Positions 10,451-20,564 of a stretch of 64,000 nt of DNA are shown one piece after another. The notes below the pieces were generated by a model that did no database searches, was not told the DNA's origin, and worked only from the letters and a program-made list of their open reading frames with translations. The DNA comes from a virus (taxonomy: Duplodnaviria; Caudoviricetes), in the IMG/VR virus record IMGVR_UViG_3300028805_000037, positions 128,001 through 192,000 of that record; one strand, 5' to 3'. The translations under genes were made by a program, and so were the position numbers. Numbering within the stretch: position 1 is the first letter of the stretch; each line of letters starts with the position of its first letter.

Positions 10451-10650
10451 TATCTTTTACCTCCGAATATATTAGCTATATCAGTATTTACCATACTTAC
10501 ACACTTCTGAAATAACTCTGCTGATTTCTGATTTAATTCTTCATCATTTGCAACTTCAAACGTTTCTGTAAGTGAAACAGAAAACTTATAAGAATTATAA
10601 TCTTGTGAGATTGTTTGGGAATAACCTTTTGTTACTGTTACTTGTTTCAT
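10450..10650 (-). CDS. hypothetical protein
   Basis: 66 aa, AGGAG SD, coupled. Confidence 0.75.
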   Translation of the reverse strand: MKQVTVTKGYSQTISQDYNSYKFSVSLTETFEVANDEELNQKSAELFQKCVSMVNTDIANIFGGKR

Positions 10651-10666
10651 TTGTTTCTCCTGTTAC

Positions 10667-11182
10667 TTATTTAATATTCTCATTATATAATATCTTTTTT
10701 AAATTGTCAAGTATTTGATTATATTTATCAAAATTAATTTCTACTTTATTTATAATAATATCTTCTAAATATAAATCAAACAATTGCATACAATACATAC
10801 AGGAGTTCATTTTACTTGGATAAGCTTTAATATAATTATAAAACAATTCTGAACTATCTTTTAATAAACTTTGAAAAAAATCAATAGGTTTTTTATATTG
10901 TGTAGTTAATTTATATTTTAAAAATGTAGTTCCTAATTCTTGTTTTATTTCATAAATAGGCTTCTTTTCCATAAACGAAATTAATGTTAAAGCATCTCCA
11001 GACTTTTTACAAGTAAAACAATAAAATGAATTTGTCTTAGGATATATTGTAAGATTAGGTGTATTTTTATCATTGTGAAATGGACATAAACAAACATATC
11101 TATCACCAGACTCTTTTAAATCAAAGTTATAGTGTTTAAAAATTGAAACTATATCTAATTGTGGTAAACTAGAAAGTTGCAC
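10667..11182 (-). CDS. CHC2 zinc-finger (primase Zn-binding domain) protein lacking TOPRIM
   Basis: CPFHND...FYCFTC...GD motif. Confidence 0.85.
   Translation of the reverse strand: MQLSSLPQLDIVSIFKHYNFDLKESGDRYVCLCPFHNDKNTPNLTIYPKTNSFYCFTCKKSGDALTLISFMEKKPIYEIKQELGTTFLKYKLTTQYKKPIDFFQSLLKDSSELFYNYIKAYPSKMNSCMYCMQLFDLYLEDIIINKVEINFDKYNQILDNLKKILYNENIK
10682..10710 (-). promoter_or_regulatory. sigma70-type promoter inside the 3' end of the Zn-finger gene
   Basis: TTGACA-17-TATAAT exact. Confidence 0.75.
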
Positions 11183-12494
11183 TTACTGGCTCCTCCATCC
11201 GCATGTTTGAAAACATCGCAGTTATATCAAATTGACATTTCTGTCCATCTCTAACTTTTGGTGTACTTGCAGTCATCTCTACAATAGAAAGTCCTTGCAT
11301 AGCTGAAACCGGGTCTTTAAGTTTTAAAGCAAGAACTGTATCTGCATGATGAATAACCATAAATGAATTTGCTATATCTGTCATATTATAAACTGGGTTT
11401 TTAGAATTCTTTACTGCTTCAGATTTAACCTGCATAGCTGTAAGTACTGGGATTTTAAATGTTCTTGCTAAATGTCTAACATCTAAAGCTATGTTACCGA
11501 GCTCTTCCCATTTCTGTCCTGTAGATTTTTTAGGACGCATAATACCTAAGTAATCTATAATAATTAAATCTATCTTATGCTTTACTGAAATTTCTTCATA
11601 CTTAGCTGCAATTGAGTCTGCATTACATGTTGGATTATCTACAATATAAAATATATTTTCTTTCTGTTTAAAAGCCTGCATTGTATCTAAAAATCTTGTA
11701 TTCTCTTCTGCAGTTAATATACCATCTCTGAATCTATCAATATTTATATTTGCAGCAAGAGATATAAATCTACGAATGATTTGATCTTTAGGTAACTCTA
11801 TTGAAAAATATAAAATATTTTTTCCTTGTGCATATAAATGTCTAGCTACATTAATTAAAAAAACTGACTTACCTTCATTAGAACCTGCAATAACAATATC
11901 TAACTCTCCAGCTTTTAATCCGCCAGTTGCTTTATCAAATGTAGGAAAACCTGTTTGTAATCCTACAGACATTTCACCTTGTTGTACCTTTTTATATTTA
12001 TCGTAAAACTCATCTAAACTTAAAGCTAAATCACCTTCCACAACTTCTGAAGTTTCTAATGAACTAACTTTATTTAAACCTTTTTGTATTTTTAATATTG
12101 TATTATCTAAATCTGAAGAATCTAAAGAACTTGTAACATCAAGTAAAGAATTTCTTATAATAAATAAACTGTATTCTTTTCTTATAGTATCTAATAGGAA
12201 AGTAAAATTCGTTGTTAATACATAATCATTAGCTTGTTTTAAATATTGAAGTATAGGAATAGCCTGTTCTGGTTTAGAACAAATACTTGTTATAAATGTT
12301 TCTGCTTGTGCTAAAGTTAATAACTCATTATATGTTCTATAAAAACTTATAATACAATAACAAGCTGACCTTGATGCAGAAAATCCAGAAACAGAAAAAT
12401 CTATACAATTAAAATCAAATGGTTTACTTAATATATATAAAAGGTCTTCTTTATTTTTTAATATATGACTTGTAAATTCTAAATTTAAATCCAT
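11169..12494 (-). CDS. dnaB: replicative helicase DnaB-like
   Basis: TGFPTFDKATGG, Walker A GSNEGKS, FSIE, IIDYL, TAMQ, KVRDG. Confidence 0.92.
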   Translation of the reverse strand: MDLNLEFTSHILKNKEDLLYILSKPFDFNCIDFSVSGFSASRSACYCIISFYRTYNELLTLAQAETFITSICSKPEQAIPILQYLKQANDYVLTTNFTFLLDTIRKEYSLFIIRNSLLDVTSSLDSSDLDNTILKIQKGLNKVSSLETSEVVEGDLALSLDEFYDKYKKVQQGEMSVGLQTGFPTFDKATGGLKAGELDIVIAGSNEGKSVFLINVARHLYAQGKNILYFSIELPKDQIIRRFISLAANINIDRFRDGILTAEENTRFLDTMQAFKQKENIFYIVDNPTCNADSIAAKYEEISVKHKIDLIIIDYLGIMRPKKSTGQKWEELGNIALDVRHLARTFKIPVLTAMQVKSEAVKNSKNPVYNMTDIANSFMVIHHADTVLALKLKDPVSAMQGLSIVEMTASTPKVRDGQKCQFDITAMFSNMRMEEPVSATF

Positions 12495-12495
12495 A

Positions 12496-12792
12496 TTACA
12501 AAATTACTCCTTCATCTAAATTCGTAAATTCATACATATGCCCTACTTGTATTTTATACTTTCTTTTAATATATGCTTTATCATCATTTAATTGTGGCGA
12601 CTCAGTAACATATATTGGATACTTTAAACTAATTGCAATTGCTAAATGTAATAATGTAACTGGTGATACATCTTTATATCTATCAACCAATGCTTTTTTT
12701 ATTTTAAGTGTTTTATTTGTTAAATCATCAACATCCTTTTTATATAAAGGTTTTTTTGTTTTCGGATGTTTACCTAATATTTTTTTGGGCAT
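12496..12792 (-). CDS. hypothetical protein
   Basis: 98 aa in operon. Confidence 0.65.
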   Translation of the reverse strand: MPKKILGKHPKTKKPLYKKDVDDLTNKTLKIKKALVDRYKDVSPVTLLHLAIAISLKYPIYVTESPQLNDDKAYIKRKYKIQVGHMYEFTNLDEGVIL

Positions 12793-13459
12793 TGACTCCT
12801 CCTAATGATTTACGGTAGTCTACACATTCGAAAGGTAACTTAATATATGCATCATATAAAATTGATTTTATACGTAAGTTTTCAATATCTCTAGCTAATA
12901 TATTACTTGTTATAATTGTAGGTTTATTTCTATCATATCTATAACGAAGCATTTCATCTACTTGAGAATCTATAAATCCTTTTGTATCTGAAAACTCGCG
13001 ACCATAATCATCTATCAATGTAAAGTCAGACTCATTTACATTATAAATATAATCATTATCTTTATCGAATAATGCTCTCTTATATTGTTCTACTGTACAG
13101 AAAAAAGTAGAGTAACCTTTAAGAATAGCTTGTTCTAAAACATAACAAGCAACATAACTTTTACCTGTTCCTGTTGTACCATAAAGATATAAACCTGTAC
13201 CTGCTTTTCTGTGGTCGTTTAACAATTTTATATATGTTGTAATTTTATCTAAACTCGTTTTTAATTCTGGAACTTGAACTTCATTTATATCTGCATATCT
13301 ATACTTTGCTGGAATTGCAGACATAATCATGTTATGTAAAAATTTATATTTCTTAACGCACTCGCAATTATAATCAGAACCTCCGCACTTAGGACAATTT
13401 GTAACTCCATCTTGTAATACTTTTAATTCTTGTATATCTGCAGGAGTATATATTTCCAT
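12770..13459 (-). CDS. DnaC/IstB-like helicase loader ATPase
   Basis: N-terminal CxxC..CxC, GTTGTGKS, IDDYG, IITSN, DYR. Confidence 0.9.
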   Translation of the reverse strand: MEIYTPADIQELKVLQDGVTNCPKCGGSDYNCECVKKYKFLHNMIMSAIPAKYRYADINEVQVPELKTSLDKITTYIKLLNDHRKAGTGLYLYGTTGTGKSYVACYVLEQAILKGYSTFFCTVEQYKRALFDKDNDYIYNVNESDFTLIDDYGREFSDTKGFIDSQVDEMLRYRYDRNKPTIITSNILARDIENLRIKSILYDAYIKLPFECVDYRKSLGGVNAQKNIR

Positions 13460-13468
13460 TTATTTACC

Positions 13469-13813
13469 TCACTTATTTAGCTTATCTAGAAAGCATGCTT
13501 TTAATAATATAAGATAATTAATACTGTCACCAATCTTCTCATTTAACAAATCTTTAGTAGGTAATTGTCCAGTCTTTTCAAAACGTTTAACAATATCATA
13601 AACACTTACAATATGTTTATTCATCATACCAGCTAAAGCATATACATTAGTACAATCTAGTAGCTTAGCTGCTTCATTAAAATTATGTAGTTTATCTACA
13701 TCAGTTGAGTATTCTTTTGATTTACTCATTAAAATTGTATTTATACTATTTATACAATCTTCTACAACTTTATTAAAATCATGTGCATTCATTTTTAAAT
13801 CTCCTTTAACCAA
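13469..13813 (-). CDS. all-helical nucleotide-modification/dNTP-pyrophosphatase-like protein (DUF1599-like); start probably 13792
   Basis: KxxEY...LHNF...EKIGDSINYLILL motif. Confidence 0.55.
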   Translation of the reverse strand: MVKGDLKMNAHDFNKVVEDCINSINTILMSKSKEYSTDVDKLHNFNEAAKLLDCTNVYALAGMMNKHIVSVYDIVKRFEKTGQLPTKDLLNEKIGDSINYLILLKACFLDKLNK

Positions 13814-15024
13814 TCTTCTGCGTCTTCAACTGTCCAAAATATCTTATAATTAAGTTTATTCTTCTTAAAACATTCAAGCTTTCTCACATCTAAATCTGTC
13901 CATACATATATTGCATTTTTATAAAACTTTGTATTTTTACTTTCATATAAATTTAATATTTTCTTATGCTCTATACTATCTTTATTAAAACTTCCTAAAC
14001 ATCTGTCATGATACCAGCCATGAGTCCAATGTCCATTGTATTCTATATACAGGTCTAAGCTCTTAATGTAAAAGTCACAAGCAAAAGGATATAAATCACT
14101 TTTATATTGTCTAATAATATCACTTTTGTTAAACTTTGTCAAGAGTAGACTGTATATTTTCTCTTCAGATTTAGATTTATTATATGAATTATTTTTACGC
14201 AATGTTGCATTACGTTTAGATACAATATTAAATTTATTTAATTGATATTGTTTTTTCCACACATCTGTTTTTGCATAATTATCGACACCATATTTTTTAA
14301 TACAAGTATCTTTTAATTTAACAACACAAGCTTTTAATTTCATAGGATTATCAACATTAAATCTTTCAATATTAGTACGTTTTACCTTATCTTTGCACTC
14401 TTTAGTTTTACTATAATTATCAACACCATATTTTTGTTTATATGTATTTTTACTATGTTCTAAAATAATAGGTTTTTTTAATTTATAATCTTCAGATTGT
14501 GAATAATATTCAACACCATATTTTTGTTTACAAGCTTTCTTCATCTTATCTTGTATAATATTTATTTTTTGTTTATAGTCATTTGACTTACTATAATTAT
14601 CTACACCATATTTTTTCAGTAATGTAGCCTTTACTTTTAATCTAATATCTTTCTGTTTATCTTGTATAGTCTTTTTGTATATATCAGTTTTACTAAAAGT
14701 AGCAACACCATATTTCTTTAAGCAAGTTTGTTTACACCTTTCTTTTGTTGTAGGTAAACTTTGGTTATATATACCTGCACACTTTAAACTACAAAAAGTA
14801 CTATAGTAATTCTTTTTATAGTTATAATTAATCACTTTTTTACAATTTTTACAAATGAAAATTTTATCTAGTGCTATATTATTATTTAAACGATAGCATA
14901 ATTCTACAAAACTTAAATTATATTTATGTAAAACATCTTTAATTTCTTGATTTAAAAATTTAGATTCTAATAATTTATATCTACAATTTTTATGAGATTT
15001 AATATATTCTAATAAATGTTGCAT
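13795..15024 (-). CDS. free-standing homing-endonuclease-like protein (KYGV repeats plus PD-(D/E)XK/Vsr-like domain)
   Basis: About six KKYGVDNYSK-type repeats; C-terminal DFYIKSLDLYIEYNGHWTHG. Confidence 0.75.
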   Translation of the reverse strand: MQHLLEYIKSHKNCRYKLLESKFLNQEIKDVLHKYNLSFVELCYRLNNNIALDKIFICKNCKKVINYNYKKNYYSTFCSLKCAGIYNQSLPTTKERCKQTCLKKYGVATFSKTDIYKKTIQDKQKDIRLKVKATLLKKYGVDNYSKSNDYKQKINIIQDKMKKACKQKYGVEYYSQSEDYKLKKPIILEHSKNTYKQKYGVDNYSKTKECKDKVKRTNIERFNVDNPMKLKACVVKLKDTCIKKYGVDNYAKTDVWKKQYQLNKFNIVSKRNATLRKNNSYNKSKSEEKIYSLLLTKFNKSDIIRQYKSDLYPFACDFYIKSLDLYIEYNGHWTHGWYHDRCLGSFNKDSIEHKKILNLYESKNTKFYKNAIYVWTDLDVRKLECFKKNKLNYKIFWTVEDAEDWLKEI

Positions 15025-15031
15025 TAATAAC

Positions 15032-15289
15032 CTATTTCTTTTTAAATTTTATACTTCTACCTTCAAATAATTTTGATAAAGTTTTTAAATCAAAAACATC
15101 TAAAGTGCTTAGTATTTTATAATATTTATTATTTAAAATCAAGTCATAATCTTTTTTATCTACCGGAGTAATAATATTTACTTCCAATGTTCTTAAATTT
15201 AAAACAATATTATCTGTATATTTTGTTATTGCAAAATCTTGATCTGTCGCTGTACATTTAACTGACCAAATACTTTTTGTTTTTCTCAT
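15032..15289 (-). CDS. hypothetical protein
   Basis: 85 aa in operon. Confidence 0.65.
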   Translation of the reverse strand: MRKTKSIWSVKCTATDQDFAITKYTDNIVLNLRTLEVNIITPVDKKDYDLILNNKYYKILSTLDVFDLKTLSKLFEGRSIKFKKK

Positions 15290-15910
15290 TTACTTATCCT
15301 TATTTTCTAATTGTATTCTTCTATAATACTCTGCTATACAAACACTATCACCATCTCCAGACTCTTTAAGTATAACTGATGGATATAATTCTTTTGCTAA
15401 TTTATCTGCTGCTTTTTTAAGAAGTTTATTTCTTTCACCTTTCTCTAAACTCTTTACATATTCTTTATTATTTTTTCCAGTTGCTTCTGGTATCATTGCA
15501 TTTTGCCATTGCTTAGAATCAATCATTACATATTTAATACCTAAAGAATTTAATACGTACAAAACAGATAACCAGGCTCCAAATGCAGAAAGTGAACTTT
15601 GCATTGCCCAGCCTGCATGATAATTAACTGCAGGACGTTCTAAATAGCAAATTGTATCACTTACATTTGGTATTAAATTTTTAAGAATTTTTTTAAGTTC
15701 ATCAATATTTATAAATGTAAACTGTGCTTGATATGGTTTTGTTACATAACCATTTTTTGTTTTATATTTTCTTTTTGTTGGTTTACTCCAGCTTACTTGT
15801 TGATATGTAGGTACATTTTCAAATGCAAGTAATTTACCATTAACGTCAACAAGTGTAAAATGTGCAGTAGTTCCATTATCAAAACCAAGAATATATTTAT
15901 AACTCATCAA
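15290..15910 (-). CDS. RuvC-like Holliday junction resolvase
   Basis: ILGFDNG, YLERP, KQWQ, DGDSVCIAEY. Confidence 0.75.
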   Translation of the reverse strand: MMSYKYILGFDNGTTAHFTLVDVNGKLLAFENVPTYQQVSWSKPTKRKYKTKNGYVTKPYQAQFTFINIDELKKILKNLIPNVSDTICYLERPAVNYHAGWAMQSSLSAFGAWLSVLYVLNSLGIKYVMIDSKQWQNAMIPEATGKNNKEYVKSLEKGERNKLLKKAADKLAKELYPSVILKESGDGDSVCIAEYYRRIQLENKDK

Positions 15911-16190
15911 ATTCCTCCTCTAGATAATAATCTCTATAAAAATTATTAAGATACTCATTAAGTAATTTAAACACATCTATAATATCTAACGTATATGCCA
16001 TATAATCACAAGTATTATTTTCAATCACTGTGACAATAACTTCGTAGAAACCTTTTTTACCTTTAATTTTCATTGGACGAATATTTATAAGTTCATTACA
16101 AAGTGTATAAATCTGTATACTGTATTCATCTACAGAATAAGAAAGAACCATGTGTAAATTATTCTCAACAAACTTAACTATCTCATCCAT
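15897..16190 (-). CDS. hypothetical protein
   Basis: 97 aa in operon. Confidence 0.65.
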   Translation of the reverse strand: MDEIVKFVENNLHMVLSYSVDEYSIQIYTLCNELINIRPMKIKGKKGFYEVIVTVIENNTCDYMAYTLDIIDVFKLLNEYLNNFYRDYYLEEEFDEL

Positions 16191-16200
16191 AATAAAGTAA

Positions 16201-16980
16201 TCAAACCTCTATAATTAAATTTGGATTAAAATTCAAATTACATTCTCCATAAACAGAACTTCTGTATCCATAAGGATTACATACAACTCTTGTATTACCA
16301 ATCATAAAATCACTACTTGCATGTGTATGACCTGATATAACTAATGATAAATTCTTTTTCTTTTCAATAAACTTTGTTAAATCTGATGTAAAAGAAGCAT
16401 TTAAACTATTTGTAAAATACTTCGGATCAATTTGTAAAGGACTTACACAATGGTGTGTAATCAACACACACTTTTTATTTTTAAATTTTCTAAGTGTTTG
16501 TTTAATAAAGCTATATGACTCTTTAAACATATTTAAATAATGGTGTGGTTTAAGGCTTACAATTTTATCGCCTTCAAGTATCTTACCCCATCTAAAATCA
16601 TTTAAACCTTTTTCTGCAATTCGCATATTACTATTAACTGTACCATTATATTTATAGTCTGTATATAGACAACAGCCTATAAATACAATATCATTTATAA
16701 TTTTATATTGATTATTTAAGTATGAAATATCTGACTCTAAAGGAAAAGCATTACTATATATTTGTTGCAACTGTTGAATTGGTAAACCTAAATGATTATA
16801 AACTAAATGATTGCCGTGAACAAACAAACCATACTTAATATTATTCTTAATCCATTGAACTCCATTAACAGGGTCGCCACTAATATCCCCAGCTATTATT
16901 GTAAACGTATCATCATTATAATTCAAAGGATATCTATCATTTATATCTTCATGAATATCTGATATCACACGTATTTTCAC
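16201..16980 (-). CDS. calcineurin-like metallophosphoesterase
   Basis: SDIH, AGDI, GNH, THH, GHTH, NPYGY. Confidence 0.9.
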   Translation of the reverse strand: MKIRVISDIHEDINDRYPLNYNDDTFTIIAGDISGDPVNGVQWIKNNIKYGLFVHGNHLVYNHLGLPIQQLQQIYSNAFPLESDISYLNNQYKIINDIVFIGCCLYTDYKYNGTVNSNMRIAEKGLNDFRWGKILEGDKIVSLKPHHYLNMFKESYSFIKQTLRKFKNKKCVLITHHCVSPLQIDPKYFTNSLNASFTSDLTKFIEKKKNLSLVISGHTHASSDFMIGNTRVVCNPYGYRSSVYGECNLNFNPNLIIEV

Positions 16981-16997
16981 AGAGTTCTCCTAACAGA

Positions 16998-17031
16998 TAA
17001 GGCTATAGATTTAATTTATTCTATAGCCTTA
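16998..17031. terminator. hairpin/terminator
   Basis: TAAGGCTATAGA...TCTATAGCCTTA. Confidence 0.6.
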
Positions 17032-17050
17032 AATTTATTGAATTTTCAAG

Positions 17051-17353
17051 TTATTTTTTAGATTTCTTTTTAGAAGACTTTTTAGATTTCTTAACGTTTT
17101 CTAATTTAATACATGCATCTAATTTACATTGCAAATCATTTTTTATTCCAGTTAATTTATAAATTTCTTCTTTTAAGTTTTCATTTTCATTTTTTAATTT
17201 TTCATTATCTTCTATAATAAGTTCGTTAAGACAAGTCAATGTTTTAGAGATTTTTTCTAAAGCAATATTACTTTGAATTGTGTTGTTAAGGATAGTTTCT
17301 AATGCTCTAATTTTCTTTTTACCAAATAAATCCATTTCAATTCTCCTTTCCAT
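17051..17353 (-). CDS. coiled-coil protein with Lys-rich tail (start probably 17335)
   Basis: ORF with AAGGAG SD before the second Met. Confidence 0.7.
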   Translation of the reverse strand: MERRIEMDLFGKKKIRALETILNNTIQSNIALEKISKTLTCLNELIIEDNEKLKNENENLKEEIYKLTGIKNDLQCKLDACIKLENVKKSKKSSKKKSKK

Positions 17354-17367
17354 ATAAATTTCTTAAG

Positions 17368-17396
17368 ATTATACTAAATTTTATTTTAAATGTCAA
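17368..17396 (-). promoter_or_regulatory. sigma70-type promoter heading the replication operon
   Basis: TTGACA-17-TATAAT exact. Confidence 0.85.
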
Positions 17397-17399
17397 GAC

Positions 17400-17777
17400 T
17401 TTAAGATAGGACTTAAATTTGTTAATTTGGGATTTTTTAAATAAACTTAATTTCAAATATTTTTTATTTCCCACAGCTTTCTTTTTTCTTGAAAAAGAAA
17501 AAAGAAATTAAAGTGAAGTTATACTTAAACTTTAATTTACTAATGTCCTAAGTTAACGTGGTTAGCTTCTTCTGTTTCTAGGTATATTAAGCTAATGAAT
17601 AACCATCAGTATTAGGGCTTCCCTCAATTATACAAAGGAAGTTGCATACTATATACTTACTAGTATATACATTTGTACGTTGTATACTTCCTATTTCCCA
17701 ACGCTGTAGTAGTGAGCAGGAGCTTTATCATTCCTGATATTATAGTCGTAGACACTACTAGCAGATTTATCCTACGG
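17400..17777 (-). ncRNA. putative structured non-coding RNA / origin-associated transcript
   Basis: ORF-free, many nested inverted repeats, directly downstream of a consensus promoter. Confidence 0.5.
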
Positions 17778-17782
17778 TACGT

Positions 17783-17811
17783 ATTATAATATAAAAGTAA
17801 ATAAATGTCAA
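17783..17811 (-). promoter_or_regulatory. sigma70-type promoter firing into the non-coding region
   Basis: TTGACA-17-TATAAT exact. Confidence 0.85.
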
Positions 17812-17903
17812 GTAGTTTTTTATAAATTTATTTACCCTTGACATTTATATCATAATCCTTTTATTTTTAATAGTATTTATATTATTTAAAAGAGGTGTTT
17901 TTT

Positions 17904-18206
17904 ATGGCAAATATTGCATATGTACCAGTAACAAAAGACTGGACACTAGTAACAGACTTAATAGGCAATGGGTTTTCTTTTGATTCAAGTACTTTATACG
18001 TTATTGAGGCAAGAGGTTTAGGTGATGTATTACTTTTAGATTCAGATACAGAACCTGCCACAGATAGTTACAGTGGCATAAAGTTAGATGGTGCTGGTTA
18101 TAAAATTGCAAAATATACTCCGACAGATAGCACAAATTTATATATTAGATTGAACCGTAATTCATTAGAATCAGGAATTAATATTAGTACAGAAGAAGGA
18201 GAATAA
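17904..18206 (+). CDS. small virion/tail-fibre-associated protein
   Basis: GAGGT SD before ATG 17904; beta-rich; precedes the fibre genes. Confidence 0.6.
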   Translation: MANIAYVPVTKDWTLVTDLIGNGFSFDSSTLYVIEARGLGDVLLLDSDTEPATDSYSGIKLDGAGYKIAKYTPTDSTNLYIRLNRNSLESGINISTEEGE

Positions 18207-18207
18207 T

Positions 18208-20544
18208 ATGAGTATAAAAATAGTATCACCTAATATAGTTTATTTGGGTTCTGCAAAAGCTCCTAGTGGTTCTGGTGGTAGTGGTAAAGTAGAAACATTA
18301 AACTATTTTCAAGAAACAGAACCTACAAACCCACAAGATGGGCAAACATGGTTTAATACAGCAGATAGTAAAATATACACTTATAAAGATGGACAATGGG
18401 ATGAAGGTAAAACACCTACCATTGGAACATTTTATTTATATGATAATAAATATTATACTTATAATGGAACGACACTTGTAGAAAGTGATTTAAACATATA
18501 CCAATTAAAAAGTAATATAAGCCAAGATTATACTGAAACAAGCCAAGAAAAATATCCATCAAGTAAAGCATTAAGTGATGCACAAAAAACCAATGTAAAA
18601 TCCGTTAATTTTAAAACACCTGTCAATGATGGTAATGTATTAATAACGCAAGTAGCTACGGCAGAAAATTTAGTTTCACCGGACAATATTAATGATACTG
18701 CATATATATTATTTAGAACAGCAGGTGGAACAAAAAGTATAAGTGATGGACCTGCAACATTAATGAAGATAGCAGGTAATGTAATAAACCCAAGAAGAAG
18801 TTTAAATAACATAGATACTACACATAACGAAACTACAAGAATAAATGCAAGTATAGATGCAACAATATTTGGTACAGCAGTAAATAATGTAAGTGGTGAT
18901 TATACATTTACATTTGATGGAACAGATTGGAGTTATGATAGTAATGTAGTTAATTTAGAAGATTATGGTATTACATTAAGTGCTACTGCATTAAATGGAG
19001 ATAGTTTTGTAGTAAGTTACACTTATGATAATACAGGCGAAGAAGTTTCAGAATCTGCAACAGCCACATACAATGCAGTAGATAGATTAACAATAGCAGT
19101 AAATGAAACAATATTTGCACAAAAAGTAAATAATGAAATAGGTACATATTCATTTTTATATCAAGGTGCTGTATGGATGAATAATGAAGCTATAGTAAAT
19201 ATAAGTGAATATGGTATAACTATTACAGGAACACCACAAACAGGTGATACAATTACAATAACATATAATGGTGATATGCAAGTTGCAACACCTACAAGTT
19301 TTCAAGCAAGTGGCTTTAACCAATTTAATCCTGCCAATGTATTAAGTGGATATACAATAAATGAAAATGGTGAAATTGTAGCAAGTGCAGGTAGTTATGT
19401 TGCATATATACATGCAGTTGGTGGACTTGAAAACAATTACGGTAACAGGCATGGTGATTATACAATATACGATAACAACACAACAGGAACATTGGTAAGG
19501 GTTGGGTATAGTGCAACAATACCTACAACATCAAGCACTATTACATTAAGTGGCAATGATGGAATAGAAGTAGTAAATGATACATCAATATTACCTGCTA
19601 ATAAATTGCAATGGATAACATTCCCAAAAGATGGATATATATGTGTAGCATTAACAGACATAACAAAGTTATGTGTACATCCTACTTGGAGTAATTATAA
19701 AGACCAAGATTATACAGAATATGTTGCACCAAGTGTAATCAATATACCTACAACAGGTTATGATATTTCAGATCCAACACAAACACAAGTATCATTAAAT
19801 TGTGCAAACTATTTTGGTAAAGTAGGTAATGTATTTGATGAAATATTCTTAGAAGATAATAGATATGTAAACAGAATAGGAAGATATGCATATAGTCAAG
19901 CGAACTTAGATACAGTTATAGAATTAGGTGTAGATTATATTTATGATAGTAATTACATTTATTATGTATTACCTACACCGATAACTTATGTTGTAGATAT
20001 ACCAAACAATGGAAAATATACAGTAAACGATTTCGGCACAGAAGAGTTTGTAGGTACAACAGTGGCAGTACTTGCAAATACATTGTATGGTAATAACTTA
20101 GTAGATAAATTAAGAACAGACGTATTAACAAAATCTGCACAAAGTTTAAGCCAAGAACAGAAAGAGCAAGTATGGCAAAATTTAGGTTTACAACCGATAT
20201 ACAACCATGTAAATACATTAGAAGCAAATGGTACAGTAACGATAAATTTAGTTCCTACAAAACAAGTATACGAACTTACACCAACATCAAATACTACATT
20301 AGTATTTAATACAGACAATTTAGTTGAGTTTAATGCACAAGACAGTGATGTAGAAATAGAATTTACATTATATATAAAAATGGTAGATGCACAACAAGCA
20401 TGGGAAATAACATTTCCTGACACTGTAGTATGGGGTAACACTTCACCAACAATGACAGCAATGGCAAATTATAAATTTAGTTTCTGTAAACCTAAAGGTA
20501 GTAATGTATGGATAGGTAATCAAATGTACAGTTGGGTTGAATAA
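18208..20544 (+). CDS. tail fibre/structural protein with internal duplication and C-terminal adaptor-like domain
   Basis: T/N/G-rich; two ~60 aa repeats (..VNN..G.Y.F...G..W...VN...YGIT..GD). Confidence 0.7.
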   Translation: MSIKIVSPNIVYLGSAKAPSGSGGSGKVETLNYFQETEPTNPQDGQTWFNTADSKIYTYKDGQWDEGKTPTIGTFYLYDNKYYTYNGTTLVESDLNIYQLKSNISQDYTETSQEKYPSSKALSDAQKTNVKSVNFKTPVNDGNVLITQVATAENLVSPDNINDTAYILFRTAGGTKSISDGPATLMKIAGNVINPRRSLNNIDTTHNETTRINASIDATIFGTAVNNVSGDYTFTFDGTDWSYDSNVVNLEDYGITLSATALNGDSFVVSYTYDNTGEEVSESATATYNAVDRLTIAVNETIFAQKVNNEIGTYSFLYQGAVWMNNEAIVNISEYGITITGTPQTGDTITITYNGDMQVATPTSFQASGFNQFNPANVLSGYTINENGEIVASAGSYVAYIHAVGGLENNYGNRHGDYTIYDNNTTGTLVRVGYSATIPTTSSTITLSGNDGIEVVNDTSILPANKLQWITFPKDGYICVALTDITKLCVHPTWSNYKDQDYTEYVAPSVINIPTTGYDISDPTQTQVSLNCANYFGKVGNVFDEIFLEDNRYVNRIGRYAYSQANLDTVIELGVDYIYDSNYIYYVLPTPITYVVDIPNNGKYTVNDFGTEEFVGTTVAVLANTLYGNNLVDKLRTDVLTKSAQSLSQEQKEQVWQNLGLQPIYNHVNTLEANGTVTINLVPTKQVYELTPTSNTTLVFNTDNLVEFNAQDSDVEIEFTLYIKMVDAQQAWEITFPDTVVWGNTSPTMTAMANYKFSFCKPKGSNVWIGNQMYSWVE

Positions 20545-20564
20545 TTGATAGGAGTTTATATAAA

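Noticed and set aside
17400-17780. tmRNA, RNase P RNA, group I intron or omega-RNA identity for the structured region
   Set aside because: No tRNA-like ends, tag ORF, P4/P7 consensus or IS605 end recognisable by eye; left as unclassified.
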